A stretch of DNA of 64,000 bases, from assembly GCA_048937405.1 (NCBI GenBank), contig JBHLNF010000006.1:199819-263818 (forward strand). The letters are read 5' to 3'. Positions 28,986 to 39,979 of the stretch are shown here, one piece after another. Origin of the DNA: Promethearchaeota archaeon. Lineage in GTDB: Archaea > Asgardarchaeota > Lokiarchaeia > Sigyniarchaeales > SOKP01. The notes beneath the pieces are model-generated. The model was not told the origin of the DNA and did not search any database. It was given only the letters and a program-made list of their open reading frames with translations. Numbering within the stretch: position 1 is the first letter of the stretch; the number at the start of each line of letters is the position of its first letter. Made by a program: the position numbers and the translations under genes.

Positions 28986-29807
28986 TCAATCTCTTATCTG
29001 AGTTCCACATTCACCACAATATTTTCCTTCCCTTACTCTAGCCCCACAGAGTGGGCAAAAGTTAATATCATCTTCAGTACCTTGAATTGATGTTGAGATT
29101 GGTCTGGAAACAGGAGTAGAATTATTAACAGGAGCTGAAACATAGACATACTGAGGTTCTACGGGTTTAATTGGTTCTTTACTAATCACTCTTTCCTGAT
29201 CAGCAATCTTAGCAAATGTAAAATACCCAATTAAATTGAAAATCCAACCTATTATAATAGGAATGATGAGAAAGCCAAGAACCCAGAATGTAGCCGCTAA
29301 TTTTAATTTTTCAGCACCTTCGATTGCATCATTGCCGTTCTTTGGAAATAAATCTCTATTTTGTTCAATGAAAGATTTTAAATTTTCCCATGCACCCATA
29401 TCTATACTGGATCCAACTATCATAAGAACAAAACCAACAATGTATAAGATTATAATGGGAATAAATCTTAAAAATGGACTAATGGGTGCTACTGGAAAAA
29501 TGGAGAAATAAGCCTTAAAATACATTAGACCAACCAATAATGCACCTGCAATATTAAGGATAATAGCTCCAATAAATTTCACTATACTTCCAGCTAAATA
29601 TCTTGAACGAAATTCCTCGAGTTGTGGATTCATCAGCTCATGATTGATTTCATTCAAATCGATTATTACTGTTATTATTAAAATCAATTGGATTGTAAGA
29701 GCGGCAAATGCTACATAAGGAATTATAATTAGAATGAAAAGTCCACCTATAGCCCTAAACTTTCTTCCAATTTTCTTCCATATCATCTCTAAATTCGAAC
29801 TTGACAT
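28986..29807 (-). CDS. Membrane protein with C-terminal double zinc ribbon
   Basis: Several TM segments and C-terminal FCPLCG...YCGECG. Confidence 0.75.
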   Translation of the reverse strand: MSSSNLEMIWKKIGRKFRAIGGLFILIIIPYVAFAALTIQLILIITVIIDLNEINHELMNPQLEEFRSRYLAGSIVKFIGAIILNIAGALLVGLMYFKAYFSIFPVAPISPFLRFIPIIILYIVGFVLMIVGSSIDMGAWENLKSFIEQNRDLFPKNGNDAIEGAEKLKLAATFWVLGFLIIPIIIGWIFNLIGYFTFAKIADQERVISKEPIKPVEPQYVYVSAPVNNSTPVSRPISTSIQGTEDDINFCPLCGARVREGKYCGECGTQIRD

Positions 29808-30143
29808 TTATATTTACCAATATTTGGATGTTATTTTTTAATTATTATAACTTTAACATAATTATTATTACTTGAGGGGACCAATTTTTAATATCAATAA
29901 ATCTTAGGGAAAATATTACATTTCAAGTAAGAAGAGATTGAAAAATCCAAATTTTGATAATTCTTTAATTTTAAAAAAAAATACATGAGATTATATTAGT
30001 ATGATTATGAAAAATATTATTAGATTTATTAGGGAAGACTCAAAATCTTAATTACATTAAGTTTAAATATTGTTTATAATCTATTTACAAATACAATTTC
30101 AAATATTATATGAAAAAATAATTGATATAACTTAGTAAACAAA

Positions 30144-31070
30144 ATGATTGAACTAATCTTTAAGATCGGATTCCCTATTGTACTCATTATATTAATCATC
30201 ATAATAATAATAAGTAGCCGATCAAATAAGAAACCAGACCAAGAATTTATGAGTTGTGATGATTTTATCAAAGATTGGTTAAAAGATCATGGACAAGCAC
30301 ATAAATTAGAGGAACAATTTACACAAATGAAAAAAGATCCAGCTGGATTATTATATATGCCGATGACTTACAAAGGGGCCAAATTTTTTATAAAATTGGG
30401 TTTAACTCCAAATAAAGTTTCATTTATAAATTTAATACTATCTTTCTTCATTTTTTATAGCGTAATAATGGTTGGTGAAGGGCATACATTAGAGTTATTT
30501 GAGGAACAACCCTTTTATGGAGCTTGGTTCTTTGCAATTGCCTTATTAGTGATATTTACTGGAATTATAGATGGGATTGATGGTGCCATTGCAAGGTTAT
30601 TAGATATAAAATCGAAAAGTGGAGCTTGGTTAGATAATGTAATAGATCGAGTAAGTGATACTTTAATGCTAGTATGTTTAATTCCGACTAGTCTTTCAAT
30701 ATTCATAAATTATGATTTCAAATGGATAATCTGGACTAATATTTTTTTAATTTTTATTTATGAATATATGAGAGCTAGACATGAAGGATTAGGGATGCAT
30801 GAAACAAAACCATTTATTGGGGAAAGAATAACCAGAATATTGGTACTTGCCTCATTTTTTGTAGTTTATGGAGTTTCAAGTCTTACAGTATTAATAACAT
30901 ATTTAATTGATTCCTCTGCTACCTCAATTTGGACTGCTTCGCATACTGGAGTAATAATATGGTCAATGTTTATTTGTCAAATTAGTTTATTGGGTATTAT
31001 GATATATTCTGTAATTGGATTTGGGAAATATATATGGACAAACTTAAAAAAAATGGATAAAGAAATGTAA
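30144..31070 (+). CDS. CDP-alcohol phosphatidyltransferase family protein
   Basis: DGIDGAIAR...GAWLDNVIDRVSD signature and TPN motif. Confidence 0.9.
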   Translation: MIELIFKIGFPIVLIILIIIIIISSRSNKKPDQEFMSCDDFIKDWLKDHGQAHKLEEQFTQMKKDPAGLLYMPMTYKGAKFFIKLGLTPNKVSFINLILSFFIFYSVIMVGEGHTLELFEEQPFYGAWFFAIALLVIFTGIIDGIDGAIARLLDIKSKSGAWLDNVIDRVSDTLMLVCLIPTSLSIFINYDFKWIIWTNIFLIFIYEYMRARHEGLGMHETKPFIGERITRILVLASFFVVYGVSSLTVLITYLIDSSATSIWTASHTGVIIWSMFICQISLLGIMIYSVIGFGKYIWTNLKKMDKEM

Positions 31071-31085
31071 AAAAGGTATAATAAC

Positions 31086-32438
31086 ATGAAACTTTCAAAA
31101 CTACTATTGTATGGTTCAATATGTGCTGCAATTTTTGTTCTTTTTCATATGTATTTTCCACCTATTTTTTCATCTGGAGTGAAAAGAGCAATTGATCGAT
31201 TTCTTCTTGATCCTTTAACTTATTGGTGGTTTATATTTCCATTAATTGGCTTACTCATGCTACTTGGTTTTATAATTTTTTATGGTATGCATTTCTTTGC
31301 ATCTTTTGGTAGAGGTTATCGAGCTAAAACACCATATTATGCTGATATAAGCATTTTAATTGCTTCTAAAAATGAAAAAATATTATTAGAAAGAACTTTA
31401 AATTCAATTGTTGATTCTGATTATCCTAAGGAGAAAATACAGGTAATTATAATAACTAGCGGTTCAACTGATGATACTACAGAATTCTGTAATATTTTTG
31501 CTGAAAAGCACAGAACAATCGATATAAAAGTACTCTCAGAAAATCTCCCTAAAAAAGGAAAACCACCTGCCTTAAATTTTGGTTTAAAATATGTAAAAAA
31601 TGAGATTGTTGTTCTTTATGATTCTGGGTGCATATTACAAAAAAATACCTTAAAAAATCTTATATCTCCATTTCAGAAGTCCAAAATTAATGCCGTTATT
31701 GGACCTGTCTTAGTTAAAAACTGGAAGGATAACAATTTGACAAGAGGAATCGTTCTCGATTATGCAATTGTATCTGGTGGTGGATTACTTTTTGAAATAA
31801 AAAATAGATTAGGTGCATCAGCCTATTCATTTGGACGAAATTTCGCAGTTAGTACGAAGTATCTATTGAAATATGGTGGTTTTAATGAAGATTCAATGAC
31901 AGAAGATCTTTATCTTTCAGCACTTTTAAATTTAGATGGAGTACAAATATATTTCTCACCAAAAGCAAAAGTATATGAATATGTGCCCAATACTTGGAAA
32001 ATTTTAACTAAACAACGGACACGATGGTTAGCAGGATTTATTTTTGATATGCCACAGTTAATGGCAATGAAGAGCGAAAAAAAGAATGGAAAAACATTAA
32101 TCATATCAAGAAATATGACTATGATGCTTATCGGAAATATCGATACATGGATCCCCATTGTAATTGGATTCTCGATCCTTCATTTTTTAATTAAAGAATA
32201 CTATTTAATGATTTGGGATCTTACTCTATTATTCTTTCAAGTAGGCTTTTTATTTAATTCAATAAGGAAGTATGGAGATAAGCATTATAGTGTATTGCTT
32301 TTATTTCTAATTAGTGGTTATATCCATCTATACATGTTTTTACGGCAATTTTCTCTTCCTAAAGAAATAAGCTGGGAAAAAACACCAATGATCTTGGAAA
32401 AACAAGAAATTGAGATAAAAGCTTTATCTGCTATATAA
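31086..32438 (+). CDS. Membrane GT2 glycosyltransferase (processive-type motifs)
   Basis: GSTDDT, KGKPPALN, TEDL and QRTRW motifs, with flanking TM helices. Confidence 0.88.
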   Translation: MKLSKLLLYGSICAAIFVLFHMYFPPIFSSGVKRAIDRFLLDPLTYWWFIFPLIGLLMLLGFIIFYGMHFFASFGRGYRAKTPYYADISILIASKNEKILLERTLNSIVDSDYPKEKIQVIIITSGSTDDTTEFCNIFAEKHRTIDIKVLSENLPKKGKPPALNFGLKYVKNEIVVLYDSGCILQKNTLKNLISPFQKSKINAVIGPVLVKNWKDNNLTRGIVLDYAIVSGGGLLFEIKNRLGASAYSFGRNFAVSTKYLLKYGGFNEDSMTEDLYLSALLNLDGVQIYFSPKAKVYEYVPNTWKILTKQRTRWLAGFIFDMPQLMAMKSEKKNGKTLIISRNMTMMLIGNIDTWIPIVIGFSILHFLIKEYYLMIWDLTLLFFQVGFLFNSIRKYGDKHYSVLLLFLISGYIHLYMFLRQFSLPKEISWEKTPMILEKQEIEIKALSAI

Positions 32439-32567
32439 CCTCTTAATCTAAATTGACATTTTTTTCTTAAAAATTATAATTTTTTTAAGAATTTATTTAT
32501 GTAATTTTGCATTATTTAATTAAACTAATTGGTAAGTCTAAATATAGCTCTTTATTGATGACAAACT

Positions 32568-33065
32568 ATGTATTGCCCTAATTGTGGCATTAAAATTGAA
32601 AATCTAAAATAGAGATTTTGTAAGAACTGTGGAGAAGAACTTCTTTCCATTTCAGGAGCATTAAGAGAAAAATCTACTCAACATCCAATAACCCTAGAGC
32701 CTAATATTCAATTTAATGAACAAAAACGGATTGATAAAAAAAGCCCATATTCAAAAAAATCTTTAGGATTTGGAATTGCATCTCTTGTAATAGCAGGAAT
32801 GGCTCTCCAGTTTGGTGTTAATCTTATACAGTCCCCCTATAAAGATTCTTTTCCTCGATTTCTCCCTGCGGTATTTATAATGATGTGCATTTTCAATTTT
32901 ATAGGTTTAATCTTTGGAACTACATCTACAATGAATAATCAACAAGCAAGAGAGTTAGAGTCTTTGAATACTTTCATAAAAGTTGGAACCATGTTGGGAA
33001 TTATTGGTATTATCCTTAATTCAATACTTATGTTAATTTCTCTTGTGATGATTGGTTTAGTTTAG
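32568..33065 (+). pseudogene. Zinc-ribbon + membrane protein interrupted by in-frame TAG at codon 15
   Basis: MYCPNCGIKIENLK*RFCKNCGEEL... continues in frame into track ORF 32799..33065. TAG is at 32610-32612. Confidence 0.75.
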
Positions 33066-33069
33066 TAAT

Positions 33070-34185
33070 TTAATATTTTTTACTTACCGTTTTTTTTTCA
33101 TCTTCTGTTAATTCCCTTATAACTTTAGCAGGAGATCCAAAAGCTATTGAAAATGGTGGAATATCTTCACTTATTAAAGAATTTGCACCTATAATTGAAC
33201 CTTCACCGATTGTGACTCCAGGCAACACTACAGAATATGCTCCAATTCTCGCATTTTTGCATATTTTAATTGGGCCAAAACTAAAACTTCCATGTTGTAT
33301 ATTCATAGCATTATGAGTTAATAATTTTACTCCTATACCACAACCACTGCCATCTTCAAACTCTATTAAATCAGGTAAAATTGGGTCAGGTATTGCCTTT
33401 TGAGAAATATGACAGTTGTTTCCTATTTTCATTCCTGTTAATCGAAATAATTTGTTTCGAGCTCGAGGCCATCCTGTCAAATAGGTAATGATTAGTGAAA
33501 TTAAATGATTAAAGGCACCTCTTACAAACCATGATACCGAAAAACCTTTCGATTGAAGATATTGAGCGATAATTAACATCGGCACAGGGGTAAAAATGAA
33601 TTCATCAGTATCTATATTGATATAGGTTATTTTCCCTTTAACCTCAATATTAAATTTTGGTTTATTCTTCCTCCATATTTTCCTAGCTTTTACTAAATCC
33701 TTAAAAAAAATTAAAAAATCCGCATTAATTAAGAATAGGAATAATCCTAATGCAAAGATTATAGGTAAAAAGAGTATAAAGAACATCAATCTTGTATTAA
33801 GAGTTAGATCTTGATTAAATAATATGCTAAAGTAAGAATAATGACTAGCAAAAAACGTACAAAGCACAAATCCTAATAAACTAAAGACATAAATAATTGA
33901 TCCTGTCATATGTTTGATCTTTGCTAGATTATAGCCAAAGACATATATTATCAACAAAAAGGCATAGCATATTAAAACTCCAGCATAAATTAAGATAGCA
34001 TAATCATAGAAGTATTTTAATAGCCAAGGTCTTAAGAAAGTGTATAATAAATTGATCCATGGAATAGTAAAAAAAATACGACTTATGATTATTAATACCA
34101 ATAATATAGTACTTAAAATTAAGAAACTAAATGAAAATATAAATCCCTTCGTCAAGAATTTCATTTTACCTGAAACTTTGGACAT
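33070..34185 (-). CDS. Membrane-anchored hexapeptide-repeat acyltransferase
   Basis: Four N-terminal TM helices and a C-terminal left-handed beta-helix (RIGAYSVVLPGVTIGEGSIIGANS, GSPAKVIR). Confidence 0.85.
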   Translation of the reverse strand: MSKVSGKMKFLTKGFIFSFSFLILSTILLVLIIISRIFFTIPWINLLYTFLRPWLLKYFYDYAILIYAGVLICYAFLLIIYVFGYNLAKIKHMTGSIIYVFSLLGFVLCTFFASHYSYFSILFNQDLTLNTRLMFFILFLPIIFALGLFLFLINADFLIFFKDLVKARKIWRKNKPKFNIEVKGKITYINIDTDEFIFTPVPMLIIAQYLQSKGFSVSWFVRGAFNHLISLIITYLTGWPRARNKLFRLTGMKIGNNCHISQKAIPDPILPDLIEFEDGSGCGIGVKLLTHNAMNIQHGSFSFGPIKICKNARIGAYSVVLPGVTIGEGSIIGANSLISEDIPPFSIAFGSPAKVIRELTEDEKKTVSKKY

Positions 34186-34277
34186 TCTCTTATTCGAAAA
34201 TCAATTAATTATATAATTAATCTACTACTTGTATAGAATAATAAAACATCATCTTCTAATAATTTATAGATTTTGAG

Positions 34278-35072
34278 ATGGCAGATAACCTAGTTTACAA
34301 AAAACAAAAGAATATGAATCCAAAGATCTCTGTTATAATTCCAACATATAATGAGGAAAATATCATAAAAACCTCATTGAAAGCTGTAAAAAATCAAATT
34401 TGTAATATTCCCTATGAAATTATCGTTGCAGATGGACAGAGTTCAGATAAAACAGTATCAATAGCAAAAAAATTTGCGAAAGTGCATATATCACCAAAAA
34501 GAGGTAAAGCAAATCAATTGAATAGCGCGGTATCTATAGCTTCAGGGGATTTATTTGTATTTTTGGATGCTGATACATTGATAGATCCTAACTTCTTACA
34601 AAAAATTTATAATATTTTTGAAAAAAAGAAAAAGCTTATAGCCTGCAGTGCTAGAGTTAAATATTATAATGGTAATTCAATTTCATTTAATTTTGGCTCC
34701 CAAAGATTCATGTTGACGAGTTATTTTTTTCTAAACATAAGTATGCATCTTTACTATTTTTTAAAAACTCTTTTTAGGTATCCTGAACTTATTGGTTGCA
34801 ATATCATAGTTAGAAGAGATATATTTTTAAGAATCGGTGGATTTAAACAATTACCAACGAATTTAATTGGAATAGATAAAGTTTTTTCAGATTCTTTAGT
34901 ATATTTAAGGAAGAAGATAAAGAAAGCTAAAATTAGAACTTTGAATTTTATTTCAGTGCTAACTAGTGGAAGATCATTAAGTGTTCGTAGGAGCTTAAAA
35001 CGGATTAGTGATTATCGTTCTAAAAAAGACATATTTTATGGCTTAGCGAAAGATCTCAGATGGAAGGATTAA
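34278..35072 (+). CDS. GT2 glycosyltransferase
   Basis: ISVIIPTYNEE, DGQSSDKT, FLDADT and TSGR motifs. Confidence 0.9.
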   Translation: MADNLVYKKQKNMNPKISVIIPTYNEENIIKTSLKAVKNQICNIPYEIIVADGQSSDKTVSIAKKFAKVHISPKRGKANQLNSAVSIASGDLFVFLDADTLIDPNFLQKIYNIFEKKKKLIACSARVKYYNGNSISFNFGSQRFMLTSYFFLNISMHLYYFLKTLFRYPELIGCNIIVRRDIFLRIGGFKQLPTNLIGIDKVFSDSLVYLRKKIKKAKIRTLNFISVLTSGRSLSVRRSLKRISDYRSKKDIFYGLAKDLRWKD

Positions 35073-35090
35073 AAATAAGTTTTAACCAAA

Positions 35091-36212
35091 TCAGATACTA
35101 TTTAATAAATCTTTAATTTCAAAATATCTTTTTTTTGGGCTAAGCTCCTTCCACACCTCTATTAAAGGAACGATATTCATTGCTAAAGATATAGCTTGAC
35201 TCATCTCCATGTATTTATACAATCCTAATCGACCAACAGGAATAATTTTTTCAGATCTGCAAGCTTCTATAAGATATTTATCAAATAGAGCAATGTTTCG
35301 TTTTGTATAGATTGGATATAGTGGTAAGTTATTTTCATTAAAAGAAACAGGTTCTTGATATTGAATCCAGTTGTTTTCTAAATTGACTTGATAATAAACT
35401 TTGAAATTAACTTTACGTATGTATTTTTCATGTTGTGGTAAGTTTATAGAACCATATTGAGGATTCTCCCATTTCTCCTTCTCTACATAATCAAAATTTA
35501 GAGATCTATGTTCTAGATTACCATATTTAAAGTTAAGCAACTCATCAATTCGACCAGAATATAGAATAAGATCACTTACTGATTCATCAAAATCAGTACT
35601 ATTCAATTTAAGGGGGATTCCATTAATCATGCTACTAAGCAATTCAGTATATCCATTTATAGGTAAACCTTGAAAATTATCTTCAAACAACTGATTATCA
35701 GAATTATTCAATTTAATACGATTATGAATATATTCAGGTGTCAATTCTCTTGGTTCAATCCCCCACATTTTCTTGGAATAATTATAAATAAATAATTTGT
35801 ACAATGTTTTTCCAAATTGAGATATCGAATATGCTTCGAAATTAGTTAAATCAGGCTTTGATGGTCTTTCATCTAATTCTTTAATGATTTGTTTATAGTT
35901 ATTCATTTTTAGTATTGACTCCATACTAAGTGGAAAATGCCATAATTTTCCATTAATATAAATACCCTTTCTATGAGTATAGTTATTGAATTTTGAAAAA
36001 CTAAGAACAAAATCTCTTATGCGAATTTCCTTAGTATGAAAAGCGTGTCCACCATAAGGTTCATATAATAGACCATTTGGACTTTTTTTGGTATAACATA
36101 GACCCCCAATATGATCTTCCTTTTCTTGTATTAAAACATTATGTCCTTTGTTTTTCATTAGTCGTGCTAAGGTACATCCTGTTAAACCAGCTCCGACGAT
36201 TAATACTTTCAT
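35091..36212 (-). CDS. glf: UDP-galactopyranose mutase
   Basis: GAGLTG, HIGGLC, YGGHAFHT, YSKKMWG, FQGLPINGYT, YPI and GRLGLYKYMEM motifs. Confidence 0.88.
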   Translation of the reverse strand: MKVLIVGAGLTGCTLARLMKNKGHNVLIQEKEDHIGGLCYTKKSPNGLLYEPYGGHAFHTKEIRIRDFVLSFSKFNNYTHRKGIYINGKLWHFPLSMESILKMNNYKQIIKELDERPSKPDLTNFEAYSISQFGKTLYKLFIYNYSKKMWGIEPRELTPEYIHNRIKLNNSDNQLFEDNFQGLPINGYTELLSSMINGIPLKLNSTDFDESVSDLILYSGRIDELLNFKYGNLEHRSLNFDYVEKEKWENPQYGSINLPQHEKYIRKVNFKVYYQVNLENNWIQYQEPVSFNENNLPLYPIYTKRNIALFDKYLIEACRSEKIIPVGRLGLYKYMEMSQAISLAMNIVPLIEVWKELSPKKRYFEIKDLLNSI

Positions 36213-36315
36213 CCTACTTTATTGTGTCAAAGATTCACTTTAATATATAACAATTCACTATAGAATAATAAGAAATCATATTCTTATACTAAATAAATTT
36301 TCTTTTCAAATTGGC

Positions 36316-37065
36316 ATGAAAATAACATTAACTTTTGATATTGAAAGAGATCTTCCTAATGTTTTGGATACTTACTATGGAATAAAAAATGGGTTGCCAA
36401 AAATCTTAGATCTTTTAGACATGTATAATATTCAAGGTACTTTTTTTTTTACTGGAAGCATAGCAAATAAATTCCCCAACTATGTAAGATTAGTGGAGAG
36501 AAAAAATCATGAAATTGCATGCCACAGTCTCAACCATAGAAGATTGAGACATATGAATTTCAAAGAATGTCAAGAAACGATTTCAACAAATAAAAAGATT
36601 CTTGAGGAAATTTGTGTTCAATCAATAATTATAGGTTTTCGAGCCCCGTATTTAAAACCTCATAAATTTTTATTCAGAATATTGTATGCATTAGGTTTTA
36701 AATATGATTCTTCTATTAAATTTAACCATAAAAATGATTTAAATATATTAAATTCATATCCTATTCGAGAATTTCAACCATTAGATATATCTTTAAGAAT
36801 GCCCTTTGGTTATAATATTTTAAAAAGATGGATCTTGAAAAATGAATTTACAATTTTATATTTTCATCCTTTAGAAATAATAGATACAAAGAATTTAATG
36901 CTAAAGCAAAAATCTAGACTTAGATTATTTAGAGATTTTTTTTTACGCCCAGATCGTTGGATTAAAACGGGAGAAAGGTTTATTAAAAAATTTGATAGGT
37001 TTATTCAATATGCGCTTATGAAAAATGCTGAATTTGTTACTTTAAGGGATATGATTAACGAATGA
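36316..37065 (+). CDS. Polysaccharide deacetylase (CE4/NodB-like)
   Basis: TFDIE, TFFFTG, HEIACHSLNH, GFRAPY, YDSS and YFHP motifs. Confidence 0.88.
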   Translation: MKITLTFDIERDLPNVLDTYYGIKNGLPKILDLLDMYNIQGTFFFTGSIANKFPNYVRLVERKNHEIACHSLNHRRLRHMNFKECQETISTNKKILEEICVQSIIIGFRAPYLKPHKFLFRILYALGFKYDSSIKFNHKNDLNILNSYPIREFQPLDISLRMPFGYNILKRWILKNEFTILYFHPLEIIDTKNLMLKQKSRLRLFRDFFLRPDRWIKTGERFIKKFDRFIQYALMKNAEFVTLRDMINE

Positions 37066-37134
37066 AATAGAAAACTATATCCTTGAATTAAAATACAATC
37101 AAATGTACGTGATCACATTAATTCTATATATATA

Positions 37135-38295
37135 TCATGGATTTTTTATTTCGAACCAATTAGCTGTTGATTTTGTAACTTCATAAACTTGATTACGTTC
37201 TTGTTCAGTGAAGTTAGAGGTATAATAAGAAGGTTTATGTAAATTTTTAATATATTGGTTTTTGATTTTCTCAAATTTAGAGGATGATAACTCAGTATGC
37301 TTAAGAATTTTATCTATCACTTCTGCGGGAGTTTCACATAAATCGTCATATCTAACAATATGAGTCGCTTTTCTAAGTTTTTTATTTGTATCAAGGCATT
37401 TAGCAATGTAACTATAGATAGAATCCCAATAATAAGCCCACCCTTCTACATAAGTTTCTTTATGTTTCCATAACTTTCGAATCTTACGGATAATATTTGT
37501 ATCACCCGAATTAATACATACCTGTTGAGAACCAAATTCATAATGTCCCACAATTTTTAACCAATCTATTAAAAGTGGGGCTTCTCGTTCCATTTTCATA
37601 AATAATCCCGTTTGTTTAATTAAAGATGCTATATGTTCCACTGGATTTCGGATAGTAAGTAAAAATTTACAATCTGGAAATAATTTTAATAAATATTCTA
37701 GTCTTGTAATATTGTAATTGTTTTTTGCCAAATAACGAGATCGATTTTGATTTACTAGAAGTTTACTAATATGGGTTCTATAAAAATTTTCAAACTTTAG
37801 ATTAAGAATATCCTTCTTTATTATATTTGAGATATTCTCGTTATGAACATCTTCAAAAAACTGTTGCCAAATTATTTCTTCAACTACTTCAGGACTATCG
37901 CGGGTTACGATTATACCATCCTTATGTACTCGTTCGGAAGGTTTTGAGAGAAAATTTTTTAAGAAGAATCTTGATAGCCTATTTAAAATTAGACTAAACC
38001 AATGGGGTAAATAAGGCAGTAAAAGGTGACTATAGCGGTGAGTAGCTAAATCAGGATGCTGATGTAACATTTCTAAAATAATAGTAGTTCCGCTACGGGC
38101 TAAACCTGTAATATATACGGGTTGATTAATAGAAATATTACTTAAATCATTTTTTAATGAAATACTTTCTAATTTATCAAGTAAATATGAGAGAGGTTTA
38201 ACTGTATCAAAAAATTTTGTAAAAAAATAGCCAGGATATCCCAATAGTGGAAATTTAAAATCTTCACTTTTAGAGTTGTAGATAATCTTTACCAT
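37135..38295 (-). CDS. PAPS-dependent sulfotransferase
   Basis: 5'-PSB loop ITGLARSGTT, 3'-PB motif IRNPVEHIASL, and RYDDL. Confidence 0.88.
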   Translation of the reverse strand: MVKIIYNSKSEDFKFPLLGYPGYFFTKFFDTVKPLSYLLDKLESISLKNDLSNISINQPVYITGLARSGTTIILEMLHQHPDLATHRYSHLLLPYLPHWFSLILNRLSRFFLKNFLSKPSERVHKDGIIVTRDSPEVVEEIIWQQFFEDVHNENISNIIKKDILNLKFENFYRTHISKLLVNQNRSRYLAKNNYNITRLEYLLKLFPDCKFLLTIRNPVEHIASLIKQTGLFMKMEREAPLLIDWLKIVGHYEFGSQQVCINSGDTNIIRKIRKLWKHKETYVEGWAYYWDSIYSYIAKCLDTNKKLRKATHIVRYDDLCETPAEVIDKILKHTELSSSKFEKIKNQYIKNLHKPSYYTSNFTEQERNQVYEVTKSTANWFEIKNP

Positions 38296-38342
38296 TTTCT
38301 TATATTAAGATATCTGTTATTTAATAAATTGAAATTGAAAAA

Positions 38343-39806
38343 TTAATTAAATCTAATAGGTTGCATAGCAATTTCATCTCTATTATTTTTCATCCTTCTA
38401 ATATCCCTAAAAAAGTTCATAAGATCTCTTAATGCGTGTACATTTCTGGGATTTAAAAATAATCTAATTCCTTTCCTTCTAAAAATCCTTAACATCGTTT
38501 CCTTCCATCCTCTGTGGAAATATCCATAATAATATGCTTTCGATAATAGTTGTTCTACTTTTTCTTTTGATAAATTATTTAAGGAATTTACTGCTGTTGT
38601 AAAATTATATTCACTCCAATTTTTAGATATCTCAATTTTTTTTTCAATTAGATGTTTCCTGAATTGAGTTCCTGGTAGAGGTGTCATAATTGAATAGAGC
38701 GGAAAATCAATTCTTAATTTTTTTACAATATTTATCATTTGATCAATATCTTCCTCTTCTTCTTCAAGTTTAGCGCCTACAAGCATACTTCCAATTATTA
38801 GTATATCATTTTCATGAAGAATATCTATTGCTTCAAGAATATCTCTAAATTGAACTTGTTTCTGAATATTATTGAGTGAATGTTGACTAAAAGATTCAAT
38901 ACCAAGGAAAAATAACCAGAATCCCGCCTTAGACATCTTTTTAATAATTTGAGGATTATTCTTAATTACATCAATTCTACTTTGACAAATAAAATCCAAT
39001 TGAATTCCTTCTTCGATTATTCGATCACAGATTTTCTCTACACGTTTTATATTAGCTGTGAAATTATCATCCACAATAAAAACATTTTTATGTTGATTTT
39101 TGTTTGCAATAATCTTTAACTCTTTTATCACTCTTTCTGGACTTTTTGTTCTATAAGTCCCACGATAAAATAAATGTATATTACAGAAAATACATCGATG
39201 AGGACATCCTCTCGAAGTCTCTATTACATCTATAGGCATTTGAAATGCTTGGAAATATGATTTTTTGTGTCTTAGATTCCTAGCAGAAAATGGTAATTTA
39301 TCTAAATCTTTAAATAAAGGACGATCTGGATTATTGAATAATTTTCCATTATTTTTATATGAGATACCTTTAATATTTTCTAAATCCCTATTTTCAATAA
39401 TTTCCCTAAAAGTTACTTCACCTTCTCCCCTTACTATAATATCTACAAAAGGATATTTCAGAATTTCAGCATATTCAAAATTAGGATGCCAACCTCCTAG
39501 TATAACAAAATAACCTAGATTTTTCGATTCTTTAGCAATCTTTAATGCAAAGTTTATCCCTATTGTATAACAACAAGAAATTCCTACAATATCTGGTTTA
39601 AAAGCTATAAGTTCTCTCATAATTTGAGAGATTTTTAAATTTCTAACTTTCCCATTAATAATCTTCACATTAACTAAGTCTAAAATATTTGCTGCAATAT
39701 ATTCTAATCCTAATGCAGGGAGTGTAAATTTATCTGTAATACTCTTAGTAATAAAATTTGGATTTACTAATGCTACTCGTTGGATTTTTTTGTCAACCAA
39801 TTTCAT
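38343..39806 (-). CDS. Cobalamin-binding radical SAM protein (class B-like)
   Basis: N-terminal B12 domain (PALGLEYIAA, GGWHP, RGEGE), SRGCPHRCIFC and DDNF motifs. Confidence 0.9.
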   Translation of the reverse strand: MKLVDKKIQRVALVNPNFITKSITDKFTLPALGLEYIAANILDLVNVKIINGKVRNLKISQIMRELIAFKPDIVGISCCYTIGINFALKIAKESKNLGYFVILGGWHPNFEYAEILKYPFVDIIVRGEGEVTFREIIENRDLENIKGISYKNNGKLFNNPDRPLFKDLDKLPFSARNLRHKKSYFQAFQMPIDVIETSRGCPHRCIFCNIHLFYRGTYRTKSPERVIKELKIIANKNQHKNVFIVDDNFTANIKRVEKICDRIIEEGIQLDFICQSRIDVIKNNPQIIKKMSKAGFWLFFLGIESFSQHSLNNIQKQVQFRDILEAIDILHENDILIIGSMLVGAKLEEEEEDIDQMINIVKKLRIDFPLYSIMTPLPGTQFRKHLIEKKIEISKNWSEYNFTTAVNSLNNLSKEKVEQLLSKAYYYGYFHRGWKETMLRIFRRKGIRLFLNPRNVHALRDLMNFFRDIRRMKNNRDEIAMQPIRFN

Positions 39807-39979
39807 TTAGTAGACTAATTCACCTATTGTTAGTGGTTTATATAATATTTATTTTAATTTTATAAATTTATATCTCTCTTAACAGAATCGTCAAAATAAA
39901 ATGAAATGAAACAGTGAGATTTTAATTATTAGAACAAATTTCTTAGTTATTAACTTTAATTAAATACTATCATAATTCT

